Shown piece by piece: positions 9,494-19,264 of a DNA stretch of 64,000 nt. Position 1 is the stretch's first letter, and each line of letters begins with the position of its first letter. The stretch comes from Ignavibacteriota bacterium. Its GTDB lineage: Bacteria; Bacteroidota; Ignavibacteria; UBA10030; UBA6906. The notes beneath the pieces were generated by a model. It did no database searches and had not been told where the DNA came from. It saw only the letters and a program-made list of their open reading frames with translations. Made by a program: the position numbers and the translations under genes. Location: the NCBI GenBank assembly GCA_963801355.1, contig CAWDEM010000008.1, positions 480,001 to 544,000 of the forward strand. The letters are read 5' to 3'.

Positions 9494-10041
9494 CTGCAGC
9501 GGGCTTCGTAGGAATCCATTGCTCCAACCATGACCCTCTCGTTCCCCTTTGTGATACGCTGGGTCCTGTCGGCGGGGTTTCCACAGACCACGCAGATCGC
9601 GAGGGTTTTCGTGATGTACTCGGCGATGGCGAGCAGCTGTGGAATTGGTTCGAACGGCTTTCCGCGATAGTCCTGGTCCAGACCGGCGATTATCACCCTT
9701 TTACCTTCGTTCGCGAGCCGATCTGCCACGTCCACAAGCGTCATGTCGAAGAATTGGGCCTCATCGATTCCAACGACCTGGGCGGTTCCGGCTGCCGTTA
9801 GAATTTCCTCCGGTTTCTGCACAACGAGCGAAGGAATCTTCAGTTCGCTGTGAGAGACGATATGATCGTTGCTGTAACGCGTGTCAATCTTGGGTTTAAA
9901 AATGGCAACTTCCTGTCGTGCGATTTGCGCGCGCCGGAGACGACGGATGAGTTCCTCGGTCTTTCCGCTGAACATGCAGCCGGCGATCACTTCAATCCAT
10001 CCGGTCTTGGTCGGGGAGTCGTGCTGGGTAGGGAAGGTCAT
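9466..10041 (-). CDS. tdk: Thymidine kinase
   Basis: '[11 protein letters not shown]', 'GIDEAQFF', '[12 protein letters not shown]', Zn ligands CVVC and CRKC. Confidence 0.97.
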   Translation of the reverse strand: MTFPTQHDSPTKTGWIEVIAGCMFSGKTEELIRRLRRAQIARQEVAIFKPKIDTRYSNDHIVSHSELKIPSLVVQKPEEILTAAGTAQVVGIDEAQFFDMTLVDVADRLANEGKRVIIAGLDQDYRGKPFEPIPQLLAIAEYITKTLAICVVCGNPADRTQRITKGNERVMVGAMDSYEARCRKCFKPPHE

Positions 10042-10451
10042 GGCTTCTTGCGTCTGGTCTTTTTGAGGTTCTTGCCCTCGAACGGGTGGGGCAGGAGGTC
10101 GCGCACTTTTATCACCCGGCGGCTGCCATCCTTCTTTGTCAGCACAACGTCAACATTGCCGGCCAGCTCCAGGATCACCTGCCTGCAGGCGCCGCAGGGG
10201 GGGGTAAAAGAATCTTCATCGGAAGCAATCGCTATGGCTTTGAAGGAGTGTTCACCATCGGAGACCGCCTTGAAAAGGGCAGTACGCTCGGCACAAATGG
10301 TGAGTCCGTATGAGCTGTTTTCAACATTGCAGCCTGTGAATATCCTGCCGTCAGTAGTCAGCAGTGCGGCGCCCACACGGAACCGCGAGTATGGAGAATA
10401 CGAATTGCGTTTTGCTTTGCCGGCCCTCGAGGCTAATTCCGCGTAATCCAT
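10038..10451 (-). CDS. cdd: Cytidine deaminase (homotetrameric type)
   Basis: '[12 protein letters not shown]', '[17 protein letters not shown]', 'PCGACRQ'. Confidence 0.97.
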   Translation of the reverse strand: MDYAELASRAGKAKRNSYSPYSRFRVGAALLTTDGRIFTGCNVENSSYGLTICAERTALFKAVSDGEHSFKAIAIASDEDSFTPPCGACRQVILELAGNVDVVLTKKDGSRRVIKVRDLLPHPFEGKNLKKTRRKKP

Positions 10452-10534
10452 TCGGCTCCGTCAGGGTGAGCAGTGTCGGATATGTGCGCTGGTTTCCGGA
10501 ATATAGCCATTCGCTGCAGCAGTTGCAAATTCAA

Positions 10535-10590
10535 TGCATTAGGACGGGTGCATTAGGACGGGTGCAGATCAGGCCGAGTGCAGCAGGCCG
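10535..10590. repeat. 14-bp tandem repeat (2 perfect and 2 degenerate units)
   Basis: TGCATTAGGACGGG x2 (10535-10562), then TGCAGATCAGGCCGAG and TGCAGCAGGCCG. Confidence 0.7.
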
Positions 10591-10611
10591 ACACCCCCTG
10601 GGCCCGCTGCG

Positions 10612-11844
10612 TCAGGCTGGCCGCAGCACGATGCGGGTGAGTTCGGGCGGGCAGTTGATGCGCACTGGCACAGCGACAGTGCCGATTCCTCTTGACACGT
10701 ACATCTGAGCCGTTCCCAGCTGATAATGTCCGGCCACGTACATCGACGCCAGCGCCGCGGGAGTGAACAGTGTCTTGCCGAATTTTCCAAATACCAATTG
10801 GCCTCCGTGTGTATGGCCGCTCAGCATAAGGTCGACGTTTTGAGATGCTGCCTGGTTGAAGAAATACGGGCGGTGGCAGAGCAGGACTCGTGTGGTCTTT
10901 CTCGAGACACCCGCAATCGCCTTTTCCAGCTTCTTCGTGGCAAGAGCAGTTGCGCCGACATCATCAATGCCGACCAGATGAATCGCCGAGCCTTTCTTGC
11001 GCAGTATCACACCTTCATCCCGTAGCACCCGTACCCCGGCTTCACCTGCTATCCGGGCGACTGCTTCCACCTTGCCCGAATAGAAATCATGATTGCCGAG
11101 AACGCCAAAAATGCCCATCGGGGCTTTCAGCTTGCTGAAGGCTTCGGCGAACGGGTACACCTCGTCCACCGAACTATTGACCATATCCCCGCCGATTGCG
11201 ATGACGTCCGTGCCAAGGTCGTTCAAACGACGCACATATTCGTCCATATCCGCCTTGGTCATGTACACGCTCGAATGGACGTCGGTTACGAGACCGATGG
11301 CAAATCCGTTGAATGCGGGTGGGAGACCCGGAATCCGGATCTCCTGTTCGTTCACGTCGCACTCATTTCTCCCCACGATCATGCCGTAGGCCGTGCCGCC
11401 GAGGCTGACCGCCGTCAGTCCGTACACACCACGGCGAAGAAAACGACGGCGCGTTGCATCGAACTGTACTACACGCGGATTCGCAGCAATCGCAGCGGTG
11501 CGTTCGCGTGAAAAGGGAAGCCGGCGCAGTGCGCGCCAGACGGCTGCAAACGGAAGCCGCACGATCGTGCCGATCAGGAGAACAAGGGCAATGACGGCCG
11601 TCGACGAATGCCAGAAGAGGAAAGGATAAATGACCCACCGGAGAAACCAATCGGAATACGCGTAGCTGAAGACCCGCAAGAACGGTACTCCAATCAGCGC
11701 TGCATTAAAAAGAACAAAGAGTCCGACGACGGCGTAGTACGCCGTCTGGGGGAGTTTATGCAACGACCGGTGCCAGCGGCGGAATCGGTAGAAGAGAAAC
11801 ACCTGGAGCAACAACAGCATCAAAGGAAATGAATAACGCACCAT
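10612..11844 (-). CDS. Membrane-bound metallophosphoesterase (YkuE-like calcineurin-like family)
   Basis: N-terminal TM helices; metal motifs 'TDVH', 'GGDMVN', 'LGNHD', 'LCHRP', 'SGHTHGGQ', 'YVSRGIG'. Confidence 0.9.
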   Translation of the reverse strand: MVRYSFPLMLLLLQVFLFYRFRRWHRSLHKLPQTAYYAVVGLFVLFNAALIGVPFLRVFSYAYSDWFLRWVIYPFLFWHSSTAVIALVLLIGTIVRLPFAAVWRALRRLPFSRERTAAIAANPRVVQFDATRRRFLRRGVYGLTAVSLGGTAYGMIVGRNECDVNEQEIRIPGLPPAFNGFAIGLVTDVHSSVYMTKADMDEYVRRLNDLGTDVIAIGGDMVNSSVDEVYPFAEAFSKLKAPMGIFGVLGNHDFYSGKVEAVARIAGEAGVRVLRDEGVILRKKGSAIHLVGIDDVGATALATKKLEKAIAGVSRKTTRVLLCHRPYFFNQAASQNVDLMLSGHTHGGQLVFGKFGKTLFTPAALASMYVAGHYQLGTAQMYVSRGIGTVAVPVRINCPPELTRIVLRPA

Positions 11845-11880
11845 CAGTCAAACCTCCTTCATCAATATCTGAACTTCACC

Positions 11881-11940
11881 GGTCCGGTGCAAGGTCCGGT
11901 GCAAGGTCCGGTGCAAGGTCCGGTGCAAGGCCCGGCGCAA
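11881..11940. repeat. 12-bp tandem repeat GGTCCGGTGCAA x4 plus one variant
   Basis: Perfect units at 11881, 11893, 11905 and 11917; GGCCCGGCGCAA at 11929; lies in a divergent intergenic region. Confidence 0.95.
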
Positions 11941-11992
11941 GGCACTCCCTTCTTGTGGGTGAGGATTCTGTTGAGTATATTGGCGTACGCCC

Positions 11993-12790
11993 ATGTCGAT
12001 TCTCGATTCCACATCCCGGTTGCCCCGCCCGCTCCGGTTTCTCGGCAACCAGAAATTCCTGATCACCACCGGGAGTATCCTGGGATTGTTTCTTCTTTTG
12101 AACTACGTGGTACTTCCCGCCTATGTAAACCATGGGAGCCGGGCGACGGTTCCCAGCGTGGTGGGTATGACGTTTGAAGATGCGCAAAAAACGCTGGAAG
12201 CGGCAGGTTTGCGGGTTGTGCGCGGAGAGACCAAGACGGACCCGAAACTTGCTCCGGGCTTGGTGGTACAGCAGCTGCCTGCGGCCGAAGCGGTGGTGAA
12301 GGTCGGACGGCGTGTCTACCTGACACTCAGCGGCGGAGAACTTCAGGTCCCCGTCCCGTCGCTGCGCGGCCGTTCCTTACGCGATGCGCGGTTTGCGCTG
12401 GAGCGGTTCGGGCTCAAGGTCGGATCGGTGCAGTACGACACTTCCGATACCTATCCAGAGAACACGATCATCTACCAATCACATCCCGCCGACACGCGGA
12501 TCTCCAAGGGTGCGGTGGTCAATATCATCGTAAGCAAGGGAAGAGTCATCACCAACGCCCTGGTGCCCCTGGTTGTCGGCAAGACGTTGAAGGAAGCCGA
12601 AACAATCCTGGCTGCCGCCGGGTTGAAGGTGGGGAACATCACCTACCAGCAGAGCTATGATCTCGTGCCGAACACTGTGGTGGATCAGTATCCCCGCCAG
12701 GGCGAAACCGCGCCACCCGGACGCACGGTGGACCTGTTCGTTATCGCGGTCGAAAGGCCGGTGGAAGAATTTGAAGTTCCTCCGAACTAA
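11993..12790 (+). CDS. PASTA domain-containing membrane protein (three PASTA repeats)
   Basis: One TM helix, then three repeats starting VPSVVG, VPSLRG and VPLVVG, each with 'V..Q.P' motifs. Confidence 0.9.
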   Translation: MSILDSTSRLPRPLRFLGNQKFLITTGSILGLFLLLNYVVLPAYVNHGSRATVPSVVGMTFEDAQKTLEAAGLRVVRGETKTDPKLAPGLVVQQLPAAEAVVKVGRRVYLTLSGGELQVPVPSLRGRSLRDARFALERFGLKVGSVQYDTSDTYPENTIIYQSHPADTRISKGAVVNIIVSKGRVITNALVPLVVGKTLKEAETILAAAGLKVGNITYQQSYDLVPNTVVDQYPRQGETAPPGRTVDLFVIAVERPVEEFEVPPN

Positions 12791-12805
12791 CAACAACGCA
12801 CGCTC

Positions 12806-13504
12806 ATGACGCTCATTGCCCCTTCGCTGCTCTCCGCCGATTTTGCGAACCTTGCCGCAGCCCTTGCGTCGGTCGAAGCCGGCGGTGCTGACTGGATTCA
12901 TCTGGACGTGATGGACGGGCATTTTGTGCCGAATCTCACCATCGGCCCTCCGGTGATCGCGGCAATCAGGAAATTCGCCCATCTTCCTCTGGACACCCAC
13001 CTGATGATTGAAGATCCCGGACGCTGGGTGGAAATCTACCGCAAGGCGGGGGCCGACATCATCACCGTGCATGCGGAAGCAACCCGGCACCTGCACCGCA
13101 CGCTCCATCAGATCAAGGAACTGGGCGCGCAGGCAGGGGTCAGTCTGAATCCCGCCACACCCGTCTCCGCGATCGAAGAAGTAGTGTCCGATGTCGACCT
13201 GGTGCTGGTGATGACCGTGAATCCCGGATTTGGCGCACAAGAATTCATTCCGAATACGCTGGGGAAGATCCGCGCAATCCGCGATCTCCTGCACCGCGTA
13301 AAGTCGGATGCACTGATCGAGGTCGATGGCGGCATTGATGACAGGACCTCGATTTCGGCGGTGCATGCGGGCGCGGGCGTGCTGGTTGCCGGCAATTACA
13401 TCTTCTCCGCACCGTCGGTGAAGGAAGGTGTGCAGACCCTGCGCGAGCGCGCGGCGGAAGGGGAACGGCGCCGCAGGACGGGCGATATCCCCCGGATGGT
13501 CTGA
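12806..13504 (+). CDS. rpe: Ribulose-phosphate 3-epimerase
   Basis: 'IAPSLLSADF', 'HLDVMDGHFVPNLTIG', 'MTVNPGFG', 'EVDGG'. Confidence 0.98.
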   Translation: MTLIAPSLLSADFANLAAALASVEAGGADWIHLDVMDGHFVPNLTIGPPVIAAIRKFAHLPLDTHLMIEDPGRWVEIYRKAGADIITVHAEATRHLHRTLHQIKELGAQAGVSLNPATPVSAIEEVVSDVDLVLVMTVNPGFGAQEFIPNTLGKIRAIRDLLHRVKSDALIEVDGGIDDRTSISAVHAGAGVLVAGNYIFSAPSVKEGVQTLRERAAEGERRRRTGDIPRMV

Positions 13505-13628
13505 TACCCCTGCCTGGACGCGAAGTCAAAACTTAATCCCCCCGCACCCCCACATTTTCCTGATACATTTGCTCTCTCTCCGCGTTTCTACGCACGGATT
13601 GCGGTTCAGCATTTTCACGGAAATACTC

Positions 13629-13657
13629 TTGCTTCTTTCTCTCAGTGGCCTTATATT
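13629..13657 (+). promoter_or_regulatory. Sigma70-like promoter for the Lrp-glnA unit
   Basis: TTGCTT (13629-13634) - 17 bp - TATATT (13652-13657), 40 bp before the Lrp start. Confidence 0.6.
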
Positions 13658-13697
13658 TGATAAGTATGTTAAGTTAGATGCCTTAGAAACTTAGGCC

Positions 13698-14189
13698 ATG
13701 ACATTCATGAGCAATGCTCTCGACGACATCGATTTGAAAATACTCGACATTCTGCAGAAAGAGGGGCGGACCCGCAGGAATGATCTGGCCGAAGTGGTGG
13801 GTCTGTCGCTGCCCGCGGCGAGCGAGCGCCTGCGCAAGCTCGAACAAGCGAAAATGATTACCGGGTACCATGCCACGCTCGATTACAAACGCCTGGGTAA
13901 CGACATTACGGCATTCATCGTCGTCTCCGTCGATTCATCACGGCATTATGGTCAATTTATCGAGCACGCCCAGGCGGTGGACGAAATCATGGAATGCCAT
14001 GCCATTACCGGCGAAGGGACCCACCTCCTGAAAATCCGCACCTGCAACACCGCCTCGCTCGAACGATTGCTCGCCCGGATACAGGCATGGCCCGGAGTCC
14101 ACCATACACACACGAATCTCGTTCTGTCCAGCGCGAAAGAGACTTCACGCATCAAGATTTTTCATTCATCAACATCCACACGAGGGTAA
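13698..14189 (+). CDS. Lrp/AsnC family transcriptional regulator
   Basis: '[32 protein letters not shown]' HTH and C-terminal RAM domain 'ECHAITGE'. Confidence 0.95.
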   Translation: MTFMSNALDDIDLKILDILQKEGRTRRNDLAEVVGLSLPAASERLRKLEQAKMITGYHATLDYKRLGNDITAFIVVSVDSSRHYGQFIEHAQAVDEIMECHAITGEGTHLLKIRTCNTASLERLLARIQAWPGVHHTHTNLVLSSAKETSRIKIFHSSTSTRG

Positions 14190-14194
14190 CACAT

Positions 14195-15628
14195 ATGGCC
14201 AAATCTGCGGCATCGGGACCTGGTGCACACGTCTTTAAAATGATCAAAGACGAAGGCGTGACCATGGTCGACTTCAAATTCATGGATTTCCCTGGGCAGT
14301 GGCAGCACTTTTCCGTCCCGGTGGCCCAACTCAAAGAGTCTTCTTTCGAAGAAGGATTTGGCTTTGACGGCTCCAGCATCAGGGGGTGGAAAGCCATCAA
14401 TGAGAGCGACATGCTGATCGTTCCCGACGCCCGGACCGCGTTCATTGACCGTTTCATCGAGGAAAAGACCATCAGTCTGACCTGCGACGTATTTGATCCG
14501 ATCACCAAGGAAAAATACGAGCGGTGTCCGCGCAATATCGCCCAGAAGGCGGAAGCGTATCTTGCCTCCACCGGAATCGCCGACACCGCCTACTTCGGTG
14601 CTGAGGCGGAGTTCTTCATCCTGGATGACGTGCGCTTCGATACGAACGAGCACGCCAGCTTCTACTATGTCGATTCGGTTGAAGGGCGCTGGAACTCGGG
14701 TCGCGAAGAAATGCCGAACCTGGGGTATAAGCCGCGCTACAAGGAGGGCTACTTCCCGGTTCCGCCCACTGATCAATTGCAGGATCTGCGGAATGAGATG
14801 ACCAAAAATCTTCTCGGCGTGGGGCTCCATGTGGAGGCACAGCATCATGAGGTGGCGACGGCGGGACAGTCGGAAATCGATCTCCGGTTTGCCCCGTTGC
14901 TTGAAAGTGCCGATGCACTGCTGCTGTTCAAGTACGTTGTGAAGAATACCGCACGGCTGCGCGGGCGGACCGTCACGTTCATGCCCAAGCCGATTTTCGG
15001 CGACAACGGTTCCGGGATGCATGTGCACCTTTCGCTCTGGAAGGGCGGGAAACCGCTGTTCTTCGGCAACCGCTATGCGAACCTCAGCGATATGGCGCTT
15101 CATTTCATCGGGGGCCTCCTGAAGCATGCACCTGCGTTGTGCGCGATCACGAACCCCACCACGAATTCCTATAAACGGCTTGTGCCGGGATTCGAAGCGC
15201 CGGTAAATCTCGCCTATTCCCAGCGCAACCGGAGTGCGTCCGTCCGCATCCCCATGTATTCGCAAAACCCGAAAGCCAAACGTGTCGAGTACCGGTGCCC
15301 TGATCCCAGCTGCAATCCCTATCTTGCGTTCAGCGCGTTGATGATGGCGGGACTGGACGGCGTGATGAACAAGCTCGACCCGGGTGAGCCGCTGGACAAG
15401 GACATTTACGACATGGAGCCGGAGGAGCTCAAAAATGTGCCCACGACCCCGGGCTCACTTGATGAGGCCCTGCACGCCCTCGAGCGGGACCATGATTTCC
15501 TGCTGCGGGGCGACGTGTTCACGGAGGACGTGATCAACGCCTGGATCGAGTACAAGCTGGATAAGGAAGTGAAGCCGATGGCCTTGCGTCCCCATCCGTA
15601 CGAATTCGCACTGTACTACGACGTTTGA
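14195..15628 (+). CDS. glnA: Glutamine synthetase type I
   Basis: 'FDGSSIRGW', 'HHEVA', '[14 protein letters not shown]', '[12 protein letters not shown]', 'RNRSA', 'DKDIY' adenylylation Tyr. Start set at ATG 14195, 5 nt after the Lrp stop. Confidence 0.98.
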   Translation: MAKSAASGPGAHVFKMIKDEGVTMVDFKFMDFPGQWQHFSVPVAQLKESSFEEGFGFDGSSIRGWKAINESDMLIVPDARTAFIDRFIEEKTISLTCDVFDPITKEKYERCPRNIAQKAEAYLASTGIADTAYFGAEAEFFILDDVRFDTNEHASFYYVDSVEGRWNSGREEMPNLGYKPRYKEGYFPVPPTDQLQDLRNEMTKNLLGVGLHVEAQHHEVATAGQSEIDLRFAPLLESADALLLFKYVVKNTARLRGRTVTFMPKPIFGDNGSGMHVHLSLWKGGKPLFFGNRYANLSDMALHFIGGLLKHAPALCAITNPTTNSYKRLVPGFEAPVNLAYSQRNRSASVRIPMYSQNPKAKRVEYRCPDPSCNPYLAFSALMMAGLDGVMNKLDPGEPLDKDIYDMEPEELKNVPTTPGSLDEALHALERDHDFLLRGDVFTEDVINAWIEYKLDKEVKPMALRPHPYEFALYYDV

Positions 15629-15637
15629 TGTCCAACC

Positions 15638-15672
15638 GGTACCGCCTGCCGCCCATCCGCGGCGGCGGTACC
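15638..15672 (+). terminator. GC-rich stem-loop after glnA
   Basis: GGTACCGCC...GGCGGTACC outer stem with an inner GCCGC/GCGGC stem; pyrimidine-rich tail follows. Confidence 0.55.
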
Positions 15673-15719
15673 ATCGTTCCACTCCTTGTTTTTCCGCCTT
15701 ATTCTCCCTATGTTTTCTC

Positions 15720-16502
15720 ATGGAATTCCAGAGCATCCTCTACACGGCCGCGGGGCGCGTGGCGCACATCACGCTGAACCGCGTGGAACAGCGCAATGCG
15801 CTGGATGAAGGCATGGTGAACGAACTCATCACGGCCGTGGGGATGGCGTCGCGCGACCCGGGTGTGAAGATCCTCCAGCTCACGGGTGCGGGAAAGGCAT
15901 TCTGCACAGGGCTGGATACGGCGACACTCGAACGGCTCGCTGTCGCCGATCTCGAGCAGCACCGTACCGATGCGATCCGGCTTTCGACGTTGCTGCGTGC
16001 GTTGTACGAGTCACGGAAACCCGTCATCGCCGTGGTGAACGGCCCGGCTCTCGCGGTCGGGTGCGGCATCGCGTGTGCGTGCGACTTCGTGATTGCGGCG
16101 CGCGACAGCGCACGCTTCGGCTGCCCGGATGTGCAGATGGGCGTGATGCCGGCACTCGTGATGGTCTTTCTCTGCAAGAGAGTCGGGGAGGGGAGGGCGC
16201 GTGAGCTTGTGCTGGGCGGCGACAGCGTCACCGCAACAGAAGCACACCGCATGGGACTGGCCAGTGCCGTGTGCGCGGACGACAAACTCGCGCAGGAGGC
16301 AGCAGCGCTGACCGACACGCTGCTCCGGCGGAACAGCGGTACCGCGATGGCGATGACAAAGGAGCTGCTCGGGAAACTTGCGGGGATGAATATGCCCGAT
16401 GCCATGGACTTCGCGACGAACATGAGTGCGGCGTCGGGCATGACCGCTGAGGGCAAACGCGGCGTGCAGGAACATCTGAGCAAGCAACAGCCTGAATGGT
16501 GA
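15720..16502 (+). CDS. Enoyl-CoA hydratase/isomerase (crotonase) family protein
   Basis: 'ITLNRVEQRNAL', 'GAGKAFCTGLD', 'KPVIAVVNGPALAVGCG', 'FGCPDVQMG'. Confidence 0.9.
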   Translation: MEFQSILYTAAGRVAHITLNRVEQRNALDEGMVNELITAVGMASRDPGVKILQLTGAGKAFCTGLDTATLERLAVADLEQHRTDAIRLSTLLRALYESRKPVIAVVNGPALAVGCGIACACDFVIAARDSARFGCPDVQMGVMPALVMVFLCKRVGEGRARELVLGGDSVTATEAHRMGLASAVCADDKLAQEAAALTDTLLRRNSGTAMAMTKELLGKLAGMNMPDAMDFATNMSAASGMTAEGKRGVQEHLSKQQPEW

Positions 16503-17035
16503 TCGCGATGCACGAAGAGCTCTTGCACACAATCCGCAGCGTTCCCGATTTCCCCAAAAAGGGAATTGTCTTCCGCGACATCACCACTCTCCTGAAAGAC
16601 CCTTCGGCGTTCGCGCGGGCATCCGACATTCTGTACGAACACTACATGCGTGAGCGCATAGACAAAGTGGTGAGCGTGGAATCACGCGGGTACATCCTCG
16701 GCGCGGTGCTTGCCTACCGGCTGAACGCGGGGTTCGTGCCGATCCGCAAACCCGGCAAGCTTCCCGCGAAGACCCTCCGGGAAGAATATACGCTTGAATA
16801 CGGCAAGGACGCGGTGGAAATGCACGCGGATGCAATCCGCCGCGGCGAACGGATCCTCCTTCATGATGACCTTCTCGCCACCGGCGGTACGATGACTGCG
16901 GCGTGCCGCCTGGTCGAACGAGCGGGAGGTGTTATCGCCTCCATCAGCTTTCTTATCGAACTGAGTTTTCTCAACGGGCGGCAGAAGCTGGGAGACTATG
17001 ATGTCTTCAGCATCATCCGCTATGATAGTGAGTGA
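16496..17035 (+). CDS. apt: Adenine phosphoribosyltransferase
   Basis: 'DFPKKGIVFRDIT', 'ESRGY', 'RKPGKLP', 'YTLEYG', PRPP loop 'HDDLLATGGT'. Start may be 16508. Confidence 0.97.
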   Translation: MVIAMHEELLHTIRSVPDFPKKGIVFRDITTLLKDPSAFARASDILYEHYMRERIDKVVSVESRGYILGAVLAYRLNAGFVPIRKPGKLPAKTLREEYTLEYGKDAVEMHADAIRRGERILLHDDLLATGGTMTAACRLVERAGGVIASISFLIELSFLNGRQKLGDYDVFSIIRYDSE

Positions 17036-17052
17036 CCGACAGTCGGGATGAG

Positions 17053-17086
17053 ACGACCGGCGCCGGGCGACCCCGGCGCCGGTCGT
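17053..17086. repeat. Perfect 15-bp inverted repeat between apt and tnaA
   Basis: ACGACCGGCGCCGGG-cgac-CCCGGCGCCGGTCGT, with no U-tract. Confidence 0.85.
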
Positions 17087-17151
17087 GCGTATATACCCAT
17101 GTCGTGCCGCCGCCATCCTCCACAATGCGATCACGTTCACCGGGCAGTGCC

Positions 17152-18525
17152 ATGAAGACCATCATCGAACCGTTTAAGATCAAATCCGTCGAACCCATTC
17201 TGTTTACCACCGTAGCGCAACGGGAAGAGGTCTTGCGGCGCAGCCACTATAACCCCTTCCTGATACCGGCGGCGGAGGTGCTGATCGATCTGCTCACCGA
17301 CAGCGGCACTTCGGCCATGAGCGCGGAGCAATGGGCGGGGATCATGCGGGGCGACGAATCGTATGCGGGGGCCCGATCGTTCTACCGGTTCGAATCGTGC
17401 GTCCGCGATCTTACGGGGATGACGCACATCATACCGACCCACCAGGGGAGGGCGGCGGAGAGGATTCTGTTTGCCATCGTCGGAGGGGCCGGGAAGGTGA
17501 TTCCCAACAACTCGCATTTCGATACAACACGTGCAAACGTGGAATATTCCGGAGCGGAAGCGGTGGACCTGCTCTGTGCGGAAGGGAAGGATCCCGATGT
17601 CATCGCCCCGTTCAAAGGGAACATGGACGTGGAGGCGCTCCGGCAGCTCATCGTCAGAGTCGGCGCCGCGCACATTCCACTCTGTATGCTGACCATCACA
17701 AACAATTCCGGCGGCGGACAACCTGTGTCGCTTGAGAATATCCGGCAGGTGAAAGCAGTCTGCGCGCAGCACGGCATTCCGTTGTTCCTCGACGCTTGCC
17801 GTTTTGCCGAAAATGCATTCTTCATCAAACTCCGCGAGCCCGGGTACGCCGGCAAAAGTGTCAAATCCATCTCCCAGGAAATGTTCTCGCTCGCCGACGG
17901 TGCCACGATGAGTGCAAAGAAGGATGCTCTGGTGAATATGGGGGGCTTCCTTGCCTTGAATGACTCCACGCTCGCGGGAAATGCGCGCAACCTGCTCATT
18001 GTCACGGAAGGTTTTCCAACGTACGGCGGGCTTGCCGGGCGGGATCTGGAAGCCATCGCACAGGGCCTGGTGGAAATTCTCGACGAGCATTACCTCCGGT
18101 ACCGCCTGCGCTCTGTGGAGTACCTCGGCGAGCGATTGACCGCGGCGGGCGTACCCATCCTCCAGCCGCCCGGAGGCCACGCGATATACTTGAACGCTCG
18201 GAAGTTCCTTCCGCACGTGCCGGTCGCACAGTATCCCGGACAGGCGCTGGTGGTCGAACTCTACCGTCATGCCGGGATCCGATCAGTGGAGATCGGCAGC
18301 GTGATGTTTGGAACATATGACTCCGGCGGCCGCCTGATCCCCGCACAGATGGAGCTTGTGCGGCTGGCCATCCCGCGGCGCGTGTACACACAGAGCCACA
18401 TCGACTACGTCGTGGAGGCAGTCATCGAGGTGTTTCAGCGCCGCGACGCGCTGAAAGGCTACCGTATTGTCGAGGAACCACCTATGCTGCGCCACTTCAC
18501 TTCGAAGTTCGCTCCCGTTGTGTAA
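17152..18525 (+). CDS. tnaA: Tryptophanase (beta-eliminating lyase family)
   Basis: 'MKTIIEPFKIKSVE', 'IDLLTDSGT', 'GDESYAG', 'THQGRAAE', PLP lysine 'MSAKKD', 'RLAIPRRVYT'. Tyrosine phenol-lyase is not fully excluded. Confidence 0.88.
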   Translation: MKTIIEPFKIKSVEPILFTTVAQREEVLRRSHYNPFLIPAAEVLIDLLTDSGTSAMSAEQWAGIMRGDESYAGARSFYRFESCVRDLTGMTHIIPTHQGRAAERILFAIVGGAGKVIPNNSHFDTTRANVEYSGAEAVDLLCAEGKDPDVIAPFKGNMDVEALRQLIVRVGAAHIPLCMLTITNNSGGGQPVSLENIRQVKAVCAQHGIPLFLDACRFAENAFFIKLREPGYAGKSVKSISQEMFSLADGATMSAKKDALVNMGGFLALNDSTLAGNARNLLIVTEGFPTYGGLAGRDLEAIAQGLVEILDEHYLRYRLRSVEYLGERLTAAGVPILQPPGGHAIYLNARKFLPHVPVAQYPGQALVVELYRHAGIRSVEIGSVMFGTYDSGGRLIPAQMELVRLAIPRRVYTQSHIDYVVEAVIEVFQRRDALKGYRIVEEPPMLRHFTSKFAPVV

Positions 18526-18570
18526 CAGGCTGAAAATGCGTATATTATACGAATTTCGGGAAATGCTTCG

Positions 18571-19263
18571 ATGCTGAAATGCCCTGTATGCGGGACGGAG
18601 AACGGTGACCTTGACACGGTGTGCAGTTCGTGCAAGGGCTTCATACAGGCAAAAGTGGATACACTCGACCTGTTCAGCACCGCCTGGGGGCTGATGGACC
18701 AGCCTCGCCGGACGTTCCGGCGGATTGCGATCGCAAGGACCAAAAACTATGTGGTCTTGCTGAGCGCCGGTATCGGCATTGCGCTTGTGTATCTTTACTT
18801 CTGGCACTGGCACTTGGCCGTGCGGTTTCCCAGTTTGATCACACTCCTGGGAATCGGTTTGCTCGTCGGGCCGCCCCTGGGAAACCTGCTGATCGCGCTC
18901 TGCTCCGTTGTTGTTCGATTCATCCTCCGGATCAAGGGCGTCCGGATCTCTTTCCGCACGGGATTTGCGCTGCTGTCGTACGCGGGAATTCCGGTGGTGG
19001 CGTCGCTCATCGCGGTAATGCCGGTGGAGATTGCCGTGTTCGGCATGTTTTTCTTTGACAACAATCCGCCGCCCATGGTCATCAACCCTGGCGCCTATCT
19101 CGGACTGCTTGCCCTCGATACACTTGCCGGATGCTGGTCGATCGTATTAATAGTGCTGGGGATCCGATCTGCCGCCGGGGTGTCGTGGGTCTGGTCAATC
19201 ATTCCGGCCCTAGCGGTCGGAGCTCTGATCGCTTTGCTGGTCATGGGATTGCGGCCATTCTAA
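18571..19263 (+). CDS. Zinc-ribbon + YIP1-like membrane protein
   Basis: N-terminal CPVC...CSSC, then 'QPRRTFRRI' and about 5 TM helices typical of the Yip1 fold. Confidence 0.7.
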   Translation: MLKCPVCGTENGDLDTVCSSCKGFIQAKVDTLDLFSTAWGLMDQPRRTFRRIAIARTKNYVVLLSAGIGIALVYLYFWHWHLAVRFPSLITLLGIGLLVGPPLGNLLIALCSVVVRFILRIKGVRISFRTGFALLSYAGIPVVASLIAVMPVEIAVFGMFFFDNNPPPMVINPGAYLGLLALDTLAGCWSIVLIVLGIRSAAGVSWVWSIIPALAVGALIALLVMGLRPF

Positions 19264-19264
19264 A

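Noticed and set aside
11437-11460. Internal 'TRRRFLRR' twin-arginine-like motif in the metallophosphoesterase
   Set aside because: Commonly seen in membrane-bound YkuE-like phosphoesterases; not novel.
11887-12177. ORF with QGPV repeats, and opposite-strand APDL/LHRT repeat ORFs
   Set aside because: These are translations of the 12-bp DNA repeat; they lack an RBS and overlap the PASTA gene out of frame.
13994-14194. 67-aa N-terminal extension of GlnA
   Set aside because: It overlaps the Lrp gene out of frame; GlnA homology starts after ATG 14195.
17048-17155. 35-codon ORF overlapping the tnaA start as a TnaC-like leader peptide
   Set aside because: It contains no Trp codon and no TnaC-like motif; probably incidental.
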